A stretch of DNA of 64,000 nt from Cyanidioschyzon merolae (lineage: Eukaryota). Below the pieces are notes generated by a model. The model did no database searches and had not been told where the DNA came from. It saw only the letters and a program-made list of their open reading frames with translations. The DNA is taken from assembly GCA_000091205.1 (NCBI GenBank), contig AP006501.2. One strand, 5' to 3'. The translations under genes and the position numbers were made by a program. Shown one piece after another: positions 32,529 through 42,706 of this stretch; positions within the stretch are counted from its first letter, which is position 1; each line of letters starts with the position of its first letter.

Positions 32529-33683
32529 TCAGGAGGATTTAGGAGGTGGGTCTCGCTTCCCCACTTCCGCTTTCCTCATCTGATCGCGGCTGGCGCGCCG
32601 CTGGCCCCCAGCCAAAAGTCGTTGGTACTCCACAGAGTGCGCCCAGCGATCGAGCTCGCGAGCGCGCACCACCGGCAACGGATGCGTCGCGCTGCGCTGC
32701 ATCCGTTGTCGAACTTGGCGACCGAGACGAGTTCGACTCACCGAATCCAAGCGAGTAGCCTGTTGCAGAAATGCATCCGGATTCATTTCCGAAGCCCACG
32801 TCGCCGAACCACCTGACAGCTTCATGAGCACACTGATAACGAGGCGAGGGTCCTGCATTACAAGCAGCGCGGCACGGTCACAGCTGAGCTCGGCAGCCTG
32901 CAGCCAGCTGAAAATACGACGACCCAACATGGTTGCAAGTGATCGACCGAGTTCCCCCAGTTGTCCCAGAGCGAGTAGAAGCAGGTTCGCCGTCGTGATC
33001 CAGATTCCGTGCTCACACTTGAGATGGCCCAGCTCGTGCGCGATGACGGTCTGCAGTTCGGATGCCGTCAGTCCCATATCCAGCAACGCCGAGTGCAGCA
33101 CGATGAACGGACGCTGTCCATTAATAGCGAGGGTGTACGCGTTCGGTATCGGGTTTTGACGAATGTACAGGTCAGGAACGTCGATATGCAGAATCTCACA
33201 AGCCTCGGTGAGCAGAGCATACAACGAGGGTAGCTGCTCGGGGCCAACTAAAACACCTGACGAGATATTTTCTATTTCAAGCACCTGCTCCGCCACGGGG
33301 CCAATAACCCTCCGAATGAGTGCACCTAAACCGGTGATTCGTGTCAAAAAGTCCATTTGGCGCGTTGCAAGCGCATCCAGTGGGTGGCGAAAGTCGGCGG
33401 CCTCGAGACCGACCAACACAGCACGTTGCGAAGCCGCTTCCTGTCGCACTACCGCACAGCATCGTGTTCCGAGACGACTTGCACAGCCCGAATGCGTCAC
33501 GGAGTAGCGTCGGCAGGCTAGTTTCGAAAGCCGCCAAGCTGGTCGACTGCTCGGGATCGGCTGGTACTGAGGTCGAGTGCCCGCGGCAACTGTTCGCAAG
33601 GAGCTGTGGCTGCGGACACCCAGCGACGCGAACGCCAAGTACAGCCTCTGTTCACTACAACCGCACAGTCTGGAGTGAACCAT
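32529..33683 (-). CDS. M48-family zinc metalloprotease (HtpX / plant-cyanobacterial type)
   Basis: HExxH motif IAHELGHLKCEHGIW plus a downstream glutamate region (ELSCDRAALLV) and TM segments. ~110 aa of N-terminal extension precede the conserved domain. Confidence 0.65.
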   Translation of the reverse strand: MVHSRLCGCSEQRLYLAFASLGVRSHSSLRTVAAGTRPQYQPIPSSRPAWRLSKLACRRYSVTHSGCASRLGTRCCAVVRQEAASQRAVLVGLEAADFRHPLDALATRQMDFLTRITGLGALIRRVIGPVAEQVLEIENISSGVLVGPEQLPSLYALLTEACEILHIDVPDLYIRQNPIPNAYTLAINGQRPFIVLHSALLDMGLTASELQTVIAHELGHLKCEHGIWITTANLLLLALGQLGELGRSLATMLGRRIFSWLQAAELSCDRAALLVMQDPRLVISVLMKLSGGSATWASEMNPDAFLQQATRLDSVSRTRLGRQVRQRMQRSATHPLPVVRARELDRWAHSVEYQRLLAGGQRRASRDQMRKAEVGKRDPPPKSS

Positions 33684-35184
33684 TATCCACGTGTAGCTTT
33701 ACGTGCTATTTCGATACGCTTGACACGAGTTTCAGATAAGATATACGCACAACAGAGCGCGTGTGTTGGAGAATCCACGCGCAGTGGCGAGCGCACGTTT
33801 CACGTTCCCGGGAGCGTTCATGAATCGCTACGCACACAGGCGCCTCCCAGTGTTTTCGAACCTGTCGCTTGTTCGCGCTTTCTGTTCATCCAGGCACAGT
33901 TTGAGCCTGAGAGACTGCCCCACAAAGTTGGATTGCATCAGCTTATTAGGTCCCGTGTCTTCAACATCACATATCGTCTGATATTGATACAGTCTCGGTT
34001 GGTGAACTCCTCGCGTTTGCAGCCTCTGGTTGAACCTAACTTTGCAGGGACTCCTCGAAGTTGTGGCCTCGATGCCGTCCAAGTCTCGTTTGCATCCCGT
34101 TGGGCAAACGCTTTTCATCGTCTGTCTCCCCTCTTCTCCGTCTTGTTCTTCCTATTCGTTAATCGCTCTTCTTTATTCGATGGTCGGTGAGAGAGGATTT
34201 TTTCGGTTTTTTTCCAGCAGCCGGCGATGGCATCCCTGCGGGATCTCCGACTACCACGTCCATGCTTCTCCCCTGGATTCTTTTTCTTCAAATGAGCGCA
34301 CTTCAAATGCATCAGCTACAAACCGCGAACATGCATTCGATGACAAGCACCTGGGTGTGAAACACAACTGAGATGAAAGACCACAAGGAGTATGCTCCTC
34401 ATTTGGCAATAGAGAGCTTGCCTTGGAACGCGAGTTGTCCCCGCAACGCCGTTCGTATTACCTGCCGTGTTGGGCTTACTGTTGAACGAGGCTTTTGTGC
34501 ATTCGTTGCGCAACTCGCGAGTGAGCAAACGCTGTCTAGCTGCCCGCTGCTATGACGCTGGTTTGGAGCTCGCTCACTCGTGCGATCAAGCAAGACCTAT
34601 CTCGGGGGAGAGTCTTGTGCACCAGGTGCGTCTCTGTAGCGGCGGACGAACGCAGCTGTGGAGAGAGCCTCGCGTGCTCTCCGAGGCGGGGTACACTCTG
34701 GACTATGGACAGGTGCCTCCGACGTTGCCGGGAGCGCAATCTTTTGGCCTCTTTTCGTGGGACGAGTGCCGCTGCATTGAAACATTCGCTCTCTCAGCTG
34801 TGGAAAGCGTGCGCACACCAGCGTTACAGCGGTACGCGTGTCGTCAAACGGAGCTGCAGCTGCGGTGTGGACTACCCGGACGAGCGGCCTACCACTGACG
34901 TGCAGCACGCGAGCACCACAGAAACTTTGCAGTTGGCGGAGACAACAAGGCATGGGACTGGCGCATGTGCGGCTCTGGTGCACCAGCGAATACCGCCATA
35001 CGAAGCTAGTTATTCGGCATTGGCGGCCAGGTATGCCGAGCGGGCTCCTACTCTAGGCAGCGACTTGACGCCGGCAACTCGAGTGCTCCAGTTTCGATCA
35101 GCGCGTAAGCATGACCGGCGGTTAGAAACGCGACGTTACCTGGAGCACTTTACCAGGGGCTTTGCAGATGCACGCGTTTCTCCT

Positions 35185-36243
35185 TCGGTTCTCGTTTTAG
35201 CAGAGCATGCCCGCGGGAATGTCGCGCCTGCAACCTGGGCTGCATTACGAGCAGCCCAGCAGGTATGCGGGGGCACGTTGTCGAGCAACGGCAACGACGC
35301 CAAACAAACTGGACATATTGAGGTTCTCGTCTTCGATCGCGTGGATTCAGATATGGGGGCGGTTCTAAAACAGCTCGCTCAGGTTGACGGTGTATCGCGA
35401 CTCGTTCTCGTTTGTGATGGGCACTGCAGGTATCCCGTTGCCGAGATGCTGGCCCCTGTCATTGCCCGCTGGAGTGCAGAGCAAGGCTATTCGCACGTGT
35501 TCACTGGCGGGAGTACTTTTGGCAAAAATATTCTACCACGCGCAGCAGGTATCCTGGGCATCCAGCCGCTCTCAGATATCATGCAGGTGTGTTCGCCATG
35601 GGAATTCGTGCGTCCGTTGTATGCGGGGAGCATTCTGGCCCGCGTACGCTTGGTACCTCCCTCTGAACCGTCATCTAAGACTGGATGGCGTTGCTGGGCG
35701 ACTATTCGGGGTACCGCTTTCGAGGCCGCGCAACTTCGCCACGATGACGCCTGTCCAACTGAACTCGACATCACAGACAAGGCAAGGCAGTATCTCCAAG
35801 ACGCCGCACCGCCAGCCGTGGAGTGGTTGCAGCAGACGGGCGCTAACGCCGAAAGGCCGCGCTTGGAAAGCGCCCACATCGTTGTTACCGGTGGCCGTGG
35901 CCTCCGCGACGCCGAGCACTTTCAAGCCTTTGTGATGGAGCTTGCAGACCGTCTGGGGGCAGCCGTTGGCGCCACGCGGGCGGCTGTTGATGCCGGCATG
36001 TGTGCCAATGAACTTCAGGTCGGGCAGACAGGCAAGGTTGTTGCACCAGAGCTCTACATCGCCGTGGGCGTGAGTGGTGCCGTCCAGCACCTTGCGGGCA
36101 TGAAAGACAGCAAGGTCATCATCGCCATCAATAATGACCCAGAGGCCCCGATTTTCCAAGCAGCCGACTACGGCCTCGTCGGTGACCTGTTTGAGATCAT
36201 GCCCGCTCTTTTAGAGAAATTATCTAACTCGCATAAAAAATAG
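35185..36243 (+). CDS. ETFA: Electron transfer flavoprotein alpha subunit (ETFA). The mature region and 5' end are unresolved
   Basis: [12 protein letters not shown]...[27 protein letters not shown]...VVTGGRGL...[66 protein letters not shown] is colinear with ETFA. The ORF is open back to 34552. No in-frame ATG lies between 34705 and the homology start. Confidence 0.75.
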   Translation, partial: SVLVLAEHARGNVAPATWAALRAAQQVCGGTLSSNGNDAKQTGHIEVLVFDRVDSDMGAVLKQLAQVDGVSRLVLVCDGHCRYPVAEMLAPVIARWSAEQGYSHVFTGGSTFGKNILPRAAGILGIQPLSDIMQVCSPWEFVRPLYAGSILARVRLVPPSEPSSKTGWRCWATIRGTAFEAAQLRHDDACPTELDITDKARQYLQDAAPPAVEWLQQTGANAERPRLESAHIVVTGGRGLRDAEHFQAFVMELADRLGAAVGATRAAVDAGMCANELQVGQTGKVVAPELYIAVGVSGAVQHLAGMKDSKVIIAINNDPEAPIFQAADYGLVGDLFEIMPALLEKLSNSHKK

Positions 36244-37139
36244 GCAGAGCGCCTCTTGTAAATGTCGTGTTTACCTGCTGCGGTGCCGCGCTGCACACCG
36301 AGCATCCAGGGCGTTTGTTCCGCGAGGCTGCTGCATGGCCCGCGTGTTCCAGGGGCCTGCGTGGGCCGTTTCGACGCCCCGGAGGCACCAGTCCATGCGG
36401 ACTGCTCGCCAAGGCCGTCATGAACGACCTACCAGCGACAAAGGTTTCGTGCGCTCGGCACCGATGTCAAAAACGGTGCCGCAAAAACTCGCTCCTCAGA
36501 TACTAGTTTAACGTCTCGCTTCTCGCCTATTTCAGAGAAGCGAGCCTCGGCGCTGTTGCACGCTGCACAACGAACGAGTATGAAAAGTGCAGCAGATCGT
36601 ACCTGTGATCTATCGAATATCATATTCAGCGCAAAACGACGCTGCTCAATCACGCCAAACTTTTGCGTTAGCGGTGCTGCACGACATATGCACGTTTGCA
36701 GCACGACGTGACGCGGAGTCGAAATACGCAACGAATTTACGGCTGCTGTCCCTGATTCATAGCAATAAATGCATACTGACAGTACAGTTCGTGTCGCAGT
36801 CACCAAGCGAAAGTCGCATTCGTCAGCGTTCGATCAGATCACGCAGGGAGCGCCTCTCTACCAAGCGCAAGTGACCCAACCTGCCCGCTCACTTGCAAAG
36901 AACAAAGGCTATGAACCTTGAACTCTGTCTCCAAGTTGTCTCTTATCAGGCTTTTTGTGCTTGTAAGGAACGCAACGCTACGCCCAGCCTTGCCTGTGCA
37001 GTCTTTGGTGCAGGCGCACCTGCGGAAACCTCCCCAGTAGCGTAAACTGGTCGTAGCGTTCAATACACGTCGACGTATCGGGATGCCCGACAAAGAGACA
37101 CACGCTACTGCGCAAACGTTTTGTGAAACTTGTTTTCAA

Positions 37140-37400
37140 GCGTACACAAACGTTTCTTTCTAGAGCACGTGTTCAGGTGAACAGATTCGCTTTGGTATTA
37201 AAACCGTTCTTTATAGAGCACGTGTTCAGGTGCTCACACAGGTGTCGGCAGGAACAATTCTCAAAGTGCGCAAGCAGGTTTCTCTGTGAAGCACGTGTCC
37301 AGGTGCACAGACGAGTTTCGGTACAAAGTGCGCACTTGCGTTTCTCTTCATATAAGACGTCTTCAGGTGAATAGACACGTTCTGGTATACACACACGTTT
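37140..37400 (+). promoter_or_regulatory. Array of four ~52-74-bp degenerate tandem units, three with a CACGTG palindrome followed by TTCAGGTG and the fourth with GACGTC
   Basis: Unit cores are at ~37162, 37214, 37288 and 37344 (gtttc..agagCACGTGttcaggtg), ending 5 bp before the ATG at 37405. Confidence 0.4.
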
Positions 37401-37404
37401 CGGT

Positions 37405-38241
37405 GTGCGCAAGTTTGTGTTGGAACTTTGTGCATCAAGTGGACGCTCTATTGCCGCAAAAAACATCAAACTTATGACGCAGCCACCTTCTGCCAGTGCG
37501 GGTGAGGCTGATGCCTTTCAGTCGCTTGTTCAGGAAGAGCTCGGAGAGAATGCGTTCTCCACAAGCACGCCGGTGAACGATGGCACCGGGGGCGGCGACG
37601 TTTTTCTGCCAAACGAAGGCGTCGAAAGTGACGCAATCACCACGCTTCCGGTTTCTACGGCAGGCACGGTGCGTACACCTTTTGATCAAGACGAAAAAGA
37701 GTTCCCTGTTGGAAGATCATCTGTCGATGGGAAGCTATGGAAGGGCGCTGGAGGTTCGACGTTTGCGATCGAGGGCGACTCAACCAGTGGACGCGACGCT
37801 GTACAGGAGGCATCTCGGGCGCGGGCACAGCGCATCCGCGAACGCGATGAAACTGAACGAGAAGTCCGTCAAAAGTCTCGCGAAGCAGCCGTGCAAGTGT
37901 GGGAAAAGATGCACCAGGCCTGGGAGAAAACATGCCAGGAGAAACGTGTCGAGACGAAGAAACGGCAAGACAAGCTTAGTGAAGAGCGTGATGCGCTTTA
38001 TCAGGCCATGCTTGAGAATGGTGACAACAATAAGCCAGCATGGCACCTCGTTCGGGCACTGATAGAGTCTAACAGTTCGGGATTGGGAGCGGGCCGATCA
38101 CTCGGGACACCTGGCGGCATGTCTGGACCCGGTGCTGCCAGTGCTGTTTCCGAGGAAGATGGCAGTTACCGTAGCCTCCGTACTCGCATGAAGGATGTAA
38201 TCTATAGCTCCGCCAGCGAAGCGAGCCCGAAGAGTCGTTGA
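37405..38241 (+). CDS. Hypothetical protein with a charged coiled-coil segment
   Basis: 278-aa ORF with no recognisable domain. It contains an E/R/K-rich helical stretch (RARAQRIRERDETEREVRQKSREAAVQVWEKMHQAWEK). Support rests on ORF length and the position after the CACGTG array. Confidence 0.3.
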   Translation: MRKFVLELCASSGRSIAAKNIKLMTQPPSASAGEADAFQSLVQEELGENAFSTSTPVNDGTGGGDVFLPNEGVESDAITTLPVSTAGTVRTPFDQDEKEFPVGRSSVDGKLWKGAGGSTFAIEGDSTSGRDAVQEASRARAQRIRERDETEREVRQKSREAAVQVWEKMHQAWEKTCQEKRVETKKRQDKLSEERDALYQAMLENGDNNKPAWHLVRALIESNSSGLGAGRSLGTPGGMSGPGAASAVSEEDGSYRSLRTRMKDVIYSSASEASPKSR

Positions 38242-38981
38242 TCTTACCATCGTATGTACGGTTACCGGCTGCCGCGGAAAGGTTCTCGCATAATACATGA
38301 TGGAGAGCGAGGAGAAACTCTGCGTCTGGTGTCGGTGTCGGTGTCGGTGTCGTCTGCGGCTGGAAGAGCACAACGTGCGTGGTCTTGTGTCGGGAGCAAA
38401 CGTCGGCGGACTAGCGTGTTCAAGGAACCTTTGGAATAAGGAGGCACGAGAGACGAAGCAGGTGCATTCCAAGGAATACTTCATTCTTTAGCACAGGCAA
38501 CGTATACGAGCTTGTTCTCAGATGGCACCTAGGCGGTGTCGTAAGCGTCAAACACGATCCTCCTGACAGCGACGATGCCAGTACTGTCTCTTGCAGAGCA
38601 CCTCTGACTTTGCAAGCACGTGGATTCTCTCGATAGCTCGTCCACGATCGCGACGCCTGTATATCTCTTCTCTGGGAACAGCCAGGTCAGGTCTGCTTGA
38701 GGCCGCTCTAGGACACCCCATTCTCGCAATGGCGGAGATTTCGTCACGAGTCCTGTACAACATTGCGCCATCGCTATACCGTCGACTAGTGCTATCGTAT
38801 GGGCCTCGTATCGTTAGCGAGCACTCCATCCGAACAGCCGCATGACAAGTGAAGCGACCGATCGAAAGCAGCCTTGCATGGAGCTACGAATCAGAGAAAC
38901 CCCGAGGAACACGTATACTTCCCGAAGATAACAGCACACGCCAGTTTGCCTGGTATCCTCCTTGCATGCGAAACACACGAC

Positions 38982-40349
38982 TCAGCACACACGAGATGAT
39001 GGTGCACTGCTTTTGGAAGGGCAAAGAACACAAGCAATGCGCTCGAATGCAACTTGTAGCGTTTGCGTATCCTCAACTGCCGAGAAGCAACATCTATACC
39101 ACCCGGGTTCAGGAGCATGGCAAACACGACCCGGATAGATCAACACTCGCGCTTCTCGAAAGAGTCGCTCAGCAAGTTCCAACTCCGCTTCCCAGGTCGC
39201 CTCGCGAAGAAATCTCTGCAAGCCAATCCATACGAAGAATCCAGCCTGGCTGGGATAGATGCGCACCTGCTCTGCCCCAAGACTGGTTTGAATCGCTTGA
39301 ACAGCCACCTGATACGCTTCCTCTAGTCGTCGTTGGTTTGCGACGAAAAACTTGTGCAACCATTGCTCGTCACTCAGCATTCGGCAAAGCACTGCCTGCG
39401 TATCCCGACTGGGCGACGAAAACAAACACGGTGCTCGAATCGCCTGCAACAGAGCCTGGTTCTCCGTAAAGAGAACCCCACATCGCATGCCACTCATACA
39501 GAGGTCCTTACTAAACGTCCATACGACATGCACATCGTTGCCGAGACCCTGGACGGCCAAAACGTCCGCTACGGAACGAAAACGCCCCGCATGGCTCTGG
39601 AAGACCGAGAGCGCGTACGCCTCGTCGCTCACCAGGTGCATGCCATGGGATCGACACCATTGAATGGAAAGCTCTAGTTCTTCTGTCGATAGAATATTGC
39701 CCGTTGGATTCCCGGGACTGTGCAGGAGCAACACTCGCGGTCGTTGCCCGCTCGCTCTACAGGTCCGGTCCGCAGTTTCAAGCGCATCCCTTGTCAGACG
39801 GTGGTGGTTATGGAGCGCTGTTTGTACAGGTACGGGTATGCACTTTGCACGGCAGCTCAGGTCAAAGTCAAATCCCGGATAATACGGTGCCGGAATCAAC
39901 ACGGCATCACCATCGTCACACAGGGCACTGAATACCAGGTCAAGTACAGCGCTTGCACCAACGGCACACAGGTAGTTATCGGGGTTGGCTGCACTTGCTG
40001 GGCCGCCTTTCGAAGCTGCAAATATATGCTCTCGAAAGAGTTGGCTAAGTGCCTTGCGAAAGCGTAACTCGCCGAACATGTAGTCGTACTGAAGGCACTC
40101 GTTGCGCGGCAATACGTCGCTGCGTTCCCGCTGAAACTGGGCTAAGACGGGTCCCGCACTGAGCGCGTTCTCGGCCACCAGCAGTGAGATATAACCATTA
40201 GGTTTTAATTGTGGATCGTATGCGTCCTGTTTCGCTGTAAAGGACCACTCAATCTGGCGTGGCGGTGCACGACTCGCAAGCGCCCTCCCCCGGTCTGAAA
40301 GCGTCTCTGCTGCGCTTTTCAGCACGCTACTCGTCTCTGGTTGTTGCAT
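38982..40349 (-). CDS. ACC-synthase-like PLP-dependent aminotransferase (class I/II)
   Basis: LVAENALS...IPAPYYPGFDFDL...LLLHSPGNPTGNILS...VVWTFSKDLCMSGMRCG (PLP lysine in SKD). The ORF is open to 40463. The ATG at 40349 (MQQPET...) is the first start after the minisatellite. Confidence 0.65.
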   Translation of the reverse strand: MQQPETSSVLKSAAETLSDRGRALASRAPPRQIEWSFTAKQDAYDPQLKPNGYISLLVAENALSAGPVLAQFQRERSDVLPRNECLQYDYMFGELRFRKALSQLFREHIFAASKGGPASAANPDNYLCAVGASAVLDLVFSALCDDGDAVLIPAPYYPGFDFDLSCRAKCIPVPVQTALHNHHRLTRDALETADRTCRASGQRPRVLLLHSPGNPTGNILSTEELELSIQWCRSHGMHLVSDEAYALSVFQSHAGRFRSVADVLAVQGLGNDVHVVWTFSKDLCMSGMRCGVLFTENQALLQAIRAPCLFSSPSRDTQAVLCRMLSDEQWLHKFFVANQRRLEEAYQVAVQAIQTSLGAEQVRIYPSQAGFFVWIGLQRFLREATWEAELELAERLFREARVLIYPGRVCHAPEPGWYRCCFSAVEDTQTLQVAFERIACVLCPSKSSAPSSRVC

Positions 40350-40544
40350 GCAGACACGTATACTTCGCTGTTGCTGCTGGGACGTAGCTGAACAGAGCAG
40401 CCGATCCCGACACTGAGCGCGAACGAACAAAGCTTCTCGGTAAACACCAGACTGGAGGAACATCCAGACTCGGCATCTCGAAGCGGTGGATCACTGCGGC
40501 CGACACTACGGCATTCTCCCGAGACGCTTCCATTGCGGTATCGA

Positions 40545-41255
40545 GTACGCTGATGAAGCGGGGAACTTGGCGACTGAGACAAAGTCTTCAACGTAGAAGC
40601 CTCATGGTGCAAGGATCGGGTGTATAAAGGTACGAGATACTGCGAACTTGGCGACTGAGGCACAGTCTTCAACGTAGAAGCCTCATGGTGCAAGGATCGG
40701 GTGTATAGAGGTACGAGATACTGCGAACTTGGCGACTGAGGCACAGTCTTCAACGTAGAAGCCTCATGGTGCAAGGGTCGGGTGTATAGAGGTACGAGAT
40801 ACTGCGAACTTGGCGACTGAGGCACAGTCTTCAACGAAGAAGCCTCATGGTGCAAGGATCGGGTGTATAAAGGTACGAGATACTGCGAACTTGGCGACTG
40901 AGGCACAGTCTTCAACGAAGAAGCCTCATGGTGCAAGGATCGGGTGTATAAAGGTACGAGATACTGCGAACTTGGTGACTGAGACACAGTCTTCAACGAA
41001 GAAGCCTCATGGTGCAAGGATCGGGTGTATAAAGGTACGAGATACTGCGAACTTGGCGACTGAGACAAAGTCTTCAACGTAGAAGCCTCATGGTGCAAGG
41101 ATCGGGTGTATAGAGGTACGAGATACTGCGAACTTGGCGACTGAGGCACAGTCTTCAACGAAGAAGCCTCATGGTGCAAGGATCGGGTGTATAAAGGTAC
41201 GAGATACTGCGAACTTGGCGACTGAGACAAAGTCTTCAACGTAGAAGCCTCATGG
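40545..41255. repeat. 81-bp minisatellite, about 8.7 tandem copies
   Basis: Unit gaacttggcgactgag(a/g)ca(a/c)agtcttcaacg(t/a)agaagcctcatggtgcaaggatcgggtgtata(a/g)aggtacgagatactgc recurs every 81 bp from 40563. The period is divisible by 3, which yields the artefactual 306-aa repeat ORF 40319..41239. Confidence 0.9.
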
Positions 41256-41602
41256 TATATGCATGATATCTAAATCCAACGATACATAAACTAGACCCGC
41301 GCACGCAAACTGCTTGTACGTGACTGTTGCCCCCGGAGAGCAACTGCATACCCTGCCGAGTCCTCGTTGACTTGAAGCAGCGAAAGCGACTGCTTTCGCT
41401 ACTTCCATACCACATCGCTACAGCGCTATCCGCTCGTGAACGCTTTCCGTATGCACCACCGCTCTTGCTCGGGTTGTTCCCGGTACTGCTTCACCTAGAG
41501 CAGGTCCAGTGCACGCACGTGTTTGTTGCCGCAAACTTGTTTACGTTCTTGTTGGTTCTCATGTTCCACATCATGGGTTTTCTTCTGGGCTACCACTTTC
41601 GT

Positions 41603-42454
41603 TCAACTAGCACCAGATGTGTACGTTTCGCGCACAAGCCTCCAGGAGTTATGATCGAAAAACTTGCCGTACGTCAACAAAGCCAGTAAGGATGCAGAAA
41701 GCGTACTACCTGCTGTGATCATATAATACACAACGATTTGATAACGCGCTGCTGTGTCCGTGGAACCGTTACCGACAATCTGCCCCGTCATCATGCCTGG
41801 TAAAGAGACAAGGCCTACCGTCAGCATCGAGTTCACGACCGGAATCAGTGCCGAGCGCAAGGAGGCTCGAAGTGCCGGTGCGATCGCTTGTTTTGGACTG
41901 GCACCTATGCTGAGGAGTTCCTCGATCTCTTTCTCGTGCGAGGATACCTCGGACTGGAGTCGTTCGCCCAACAACGCTACTGTGTTCATGGCGTTCCCGA
42001 GAATCATACCGGAGAGCGGGATAAAGTAACGCGGCATCCAGAAAGGTTTCACTCCGATGACGGTCCAAGTTGTTTGCACGATCACGAAACCTGCACCACT
42101 GAGAAGCGAGACTAGCACGGCGACGAACATACCCGGTATTGGTCGGTGCATGCGCTGTGAAGCTGTCCAGGCAGCAACCAAAGTCATGATGCTTACTGCC
42201 AAGAACACAAGCAATGGTAGGTTTGCAGCGAAAATCCAGCGCAAGACGAGCCCTACGAGCAACAACTGGACTGCGGCACGAAGGGACGCCCAAACCATAT
42301 CCAGTTCGATGCCAATCTCAAACAGCCATATCGCCATAACTGACAGTAGCATGAAACCGTAAGCGACAGCAAGTTGACCAAGACTGACAGGCAGGGCGCC
42401 GGCCGTGTCGGCACTGCTCGTGGACTCCATGAATGGGCGACGGATGCAAAACAC
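41603..42454 (-). CDS. ABC transporter permease, FetB/YbbM (UPF0014) family
   Basis: Multi-TM 283-aa protein with LPGMMTGQIVGNGSTDTAARYQIVVYYMI, characteristic of the FetB/YbbM/ALS3-type permease. Confidence 0.7.
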   Translation of the reverse strand: MFCIRRPFMESTSSADTAGALPVSLGQLAVAYGFMLLSVMAIWLFEIGIELDMVWASLRAAVQLLLVGLVLRWIFAANLPLLVFLAVSIMTLVAAWTASQRMHRPIPGMFVAVLVSLLSGAGFVIVQTTWTVIGVKPFWMPRYFIPLSGMILGNAMNTVALLGERLQSEVSSHEKEIEELLSIGASPKQAIAPALRASLRSALIPVVNSMLTVGLVSLPGMMTGQIVGNGSTDTAARYQIVVYYMITAGSTLSASLLALLTYGKFFDHNSWRLVRETYTSGAS

Positions 42455-42706
42455 GAACGCTTCCGACCCCAGGTCTGAACAACGAAGTGAATGTCCAGGT
42501 CAGAGCGCGTTGACTGCCGCACGCCGTCGAACAAGGCAAGAATCCTCGACCAGGTACAAGTGCAGTCGTGCAGGCTCTCGTACGGCTTCTCAAGGCCCAG
42601 CAGCAGGAGCGCGCTGAGCTCTGGTGCTGTGCTCGTTCGTGCCGTGCGGCCTGCCTTCTCACCAAGACACCTTCGACTGTGAATGCTCGCTTCCCGATCT
42701 GCGGCT

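Noticed and set aside
34552-35184. The 563-aa ORF as the full ETFA protein, and similarly the 476-aa ORF 14542..15972 as full PIP.
   Set aside because: The N-terminal ~200 aa (ETFA) and ~130 aa (PIP) have no homology and are stop-free only because of the high GC content. Homology-supported starts are used instead.
38849-39469. The 206-aa plus-strand ORF.
   Set aside because: It lies entirely antisense to the homology-supported ACC-synthase-like aminotransferase gene.
40545-41255. Possible CRISPR array, considered because of the regular 81-bp periodicity.
   Set aside because: The units are directly tandem with no unique spacers. The context is eukaryotic and there are no cas genes. It is a minisatellite.
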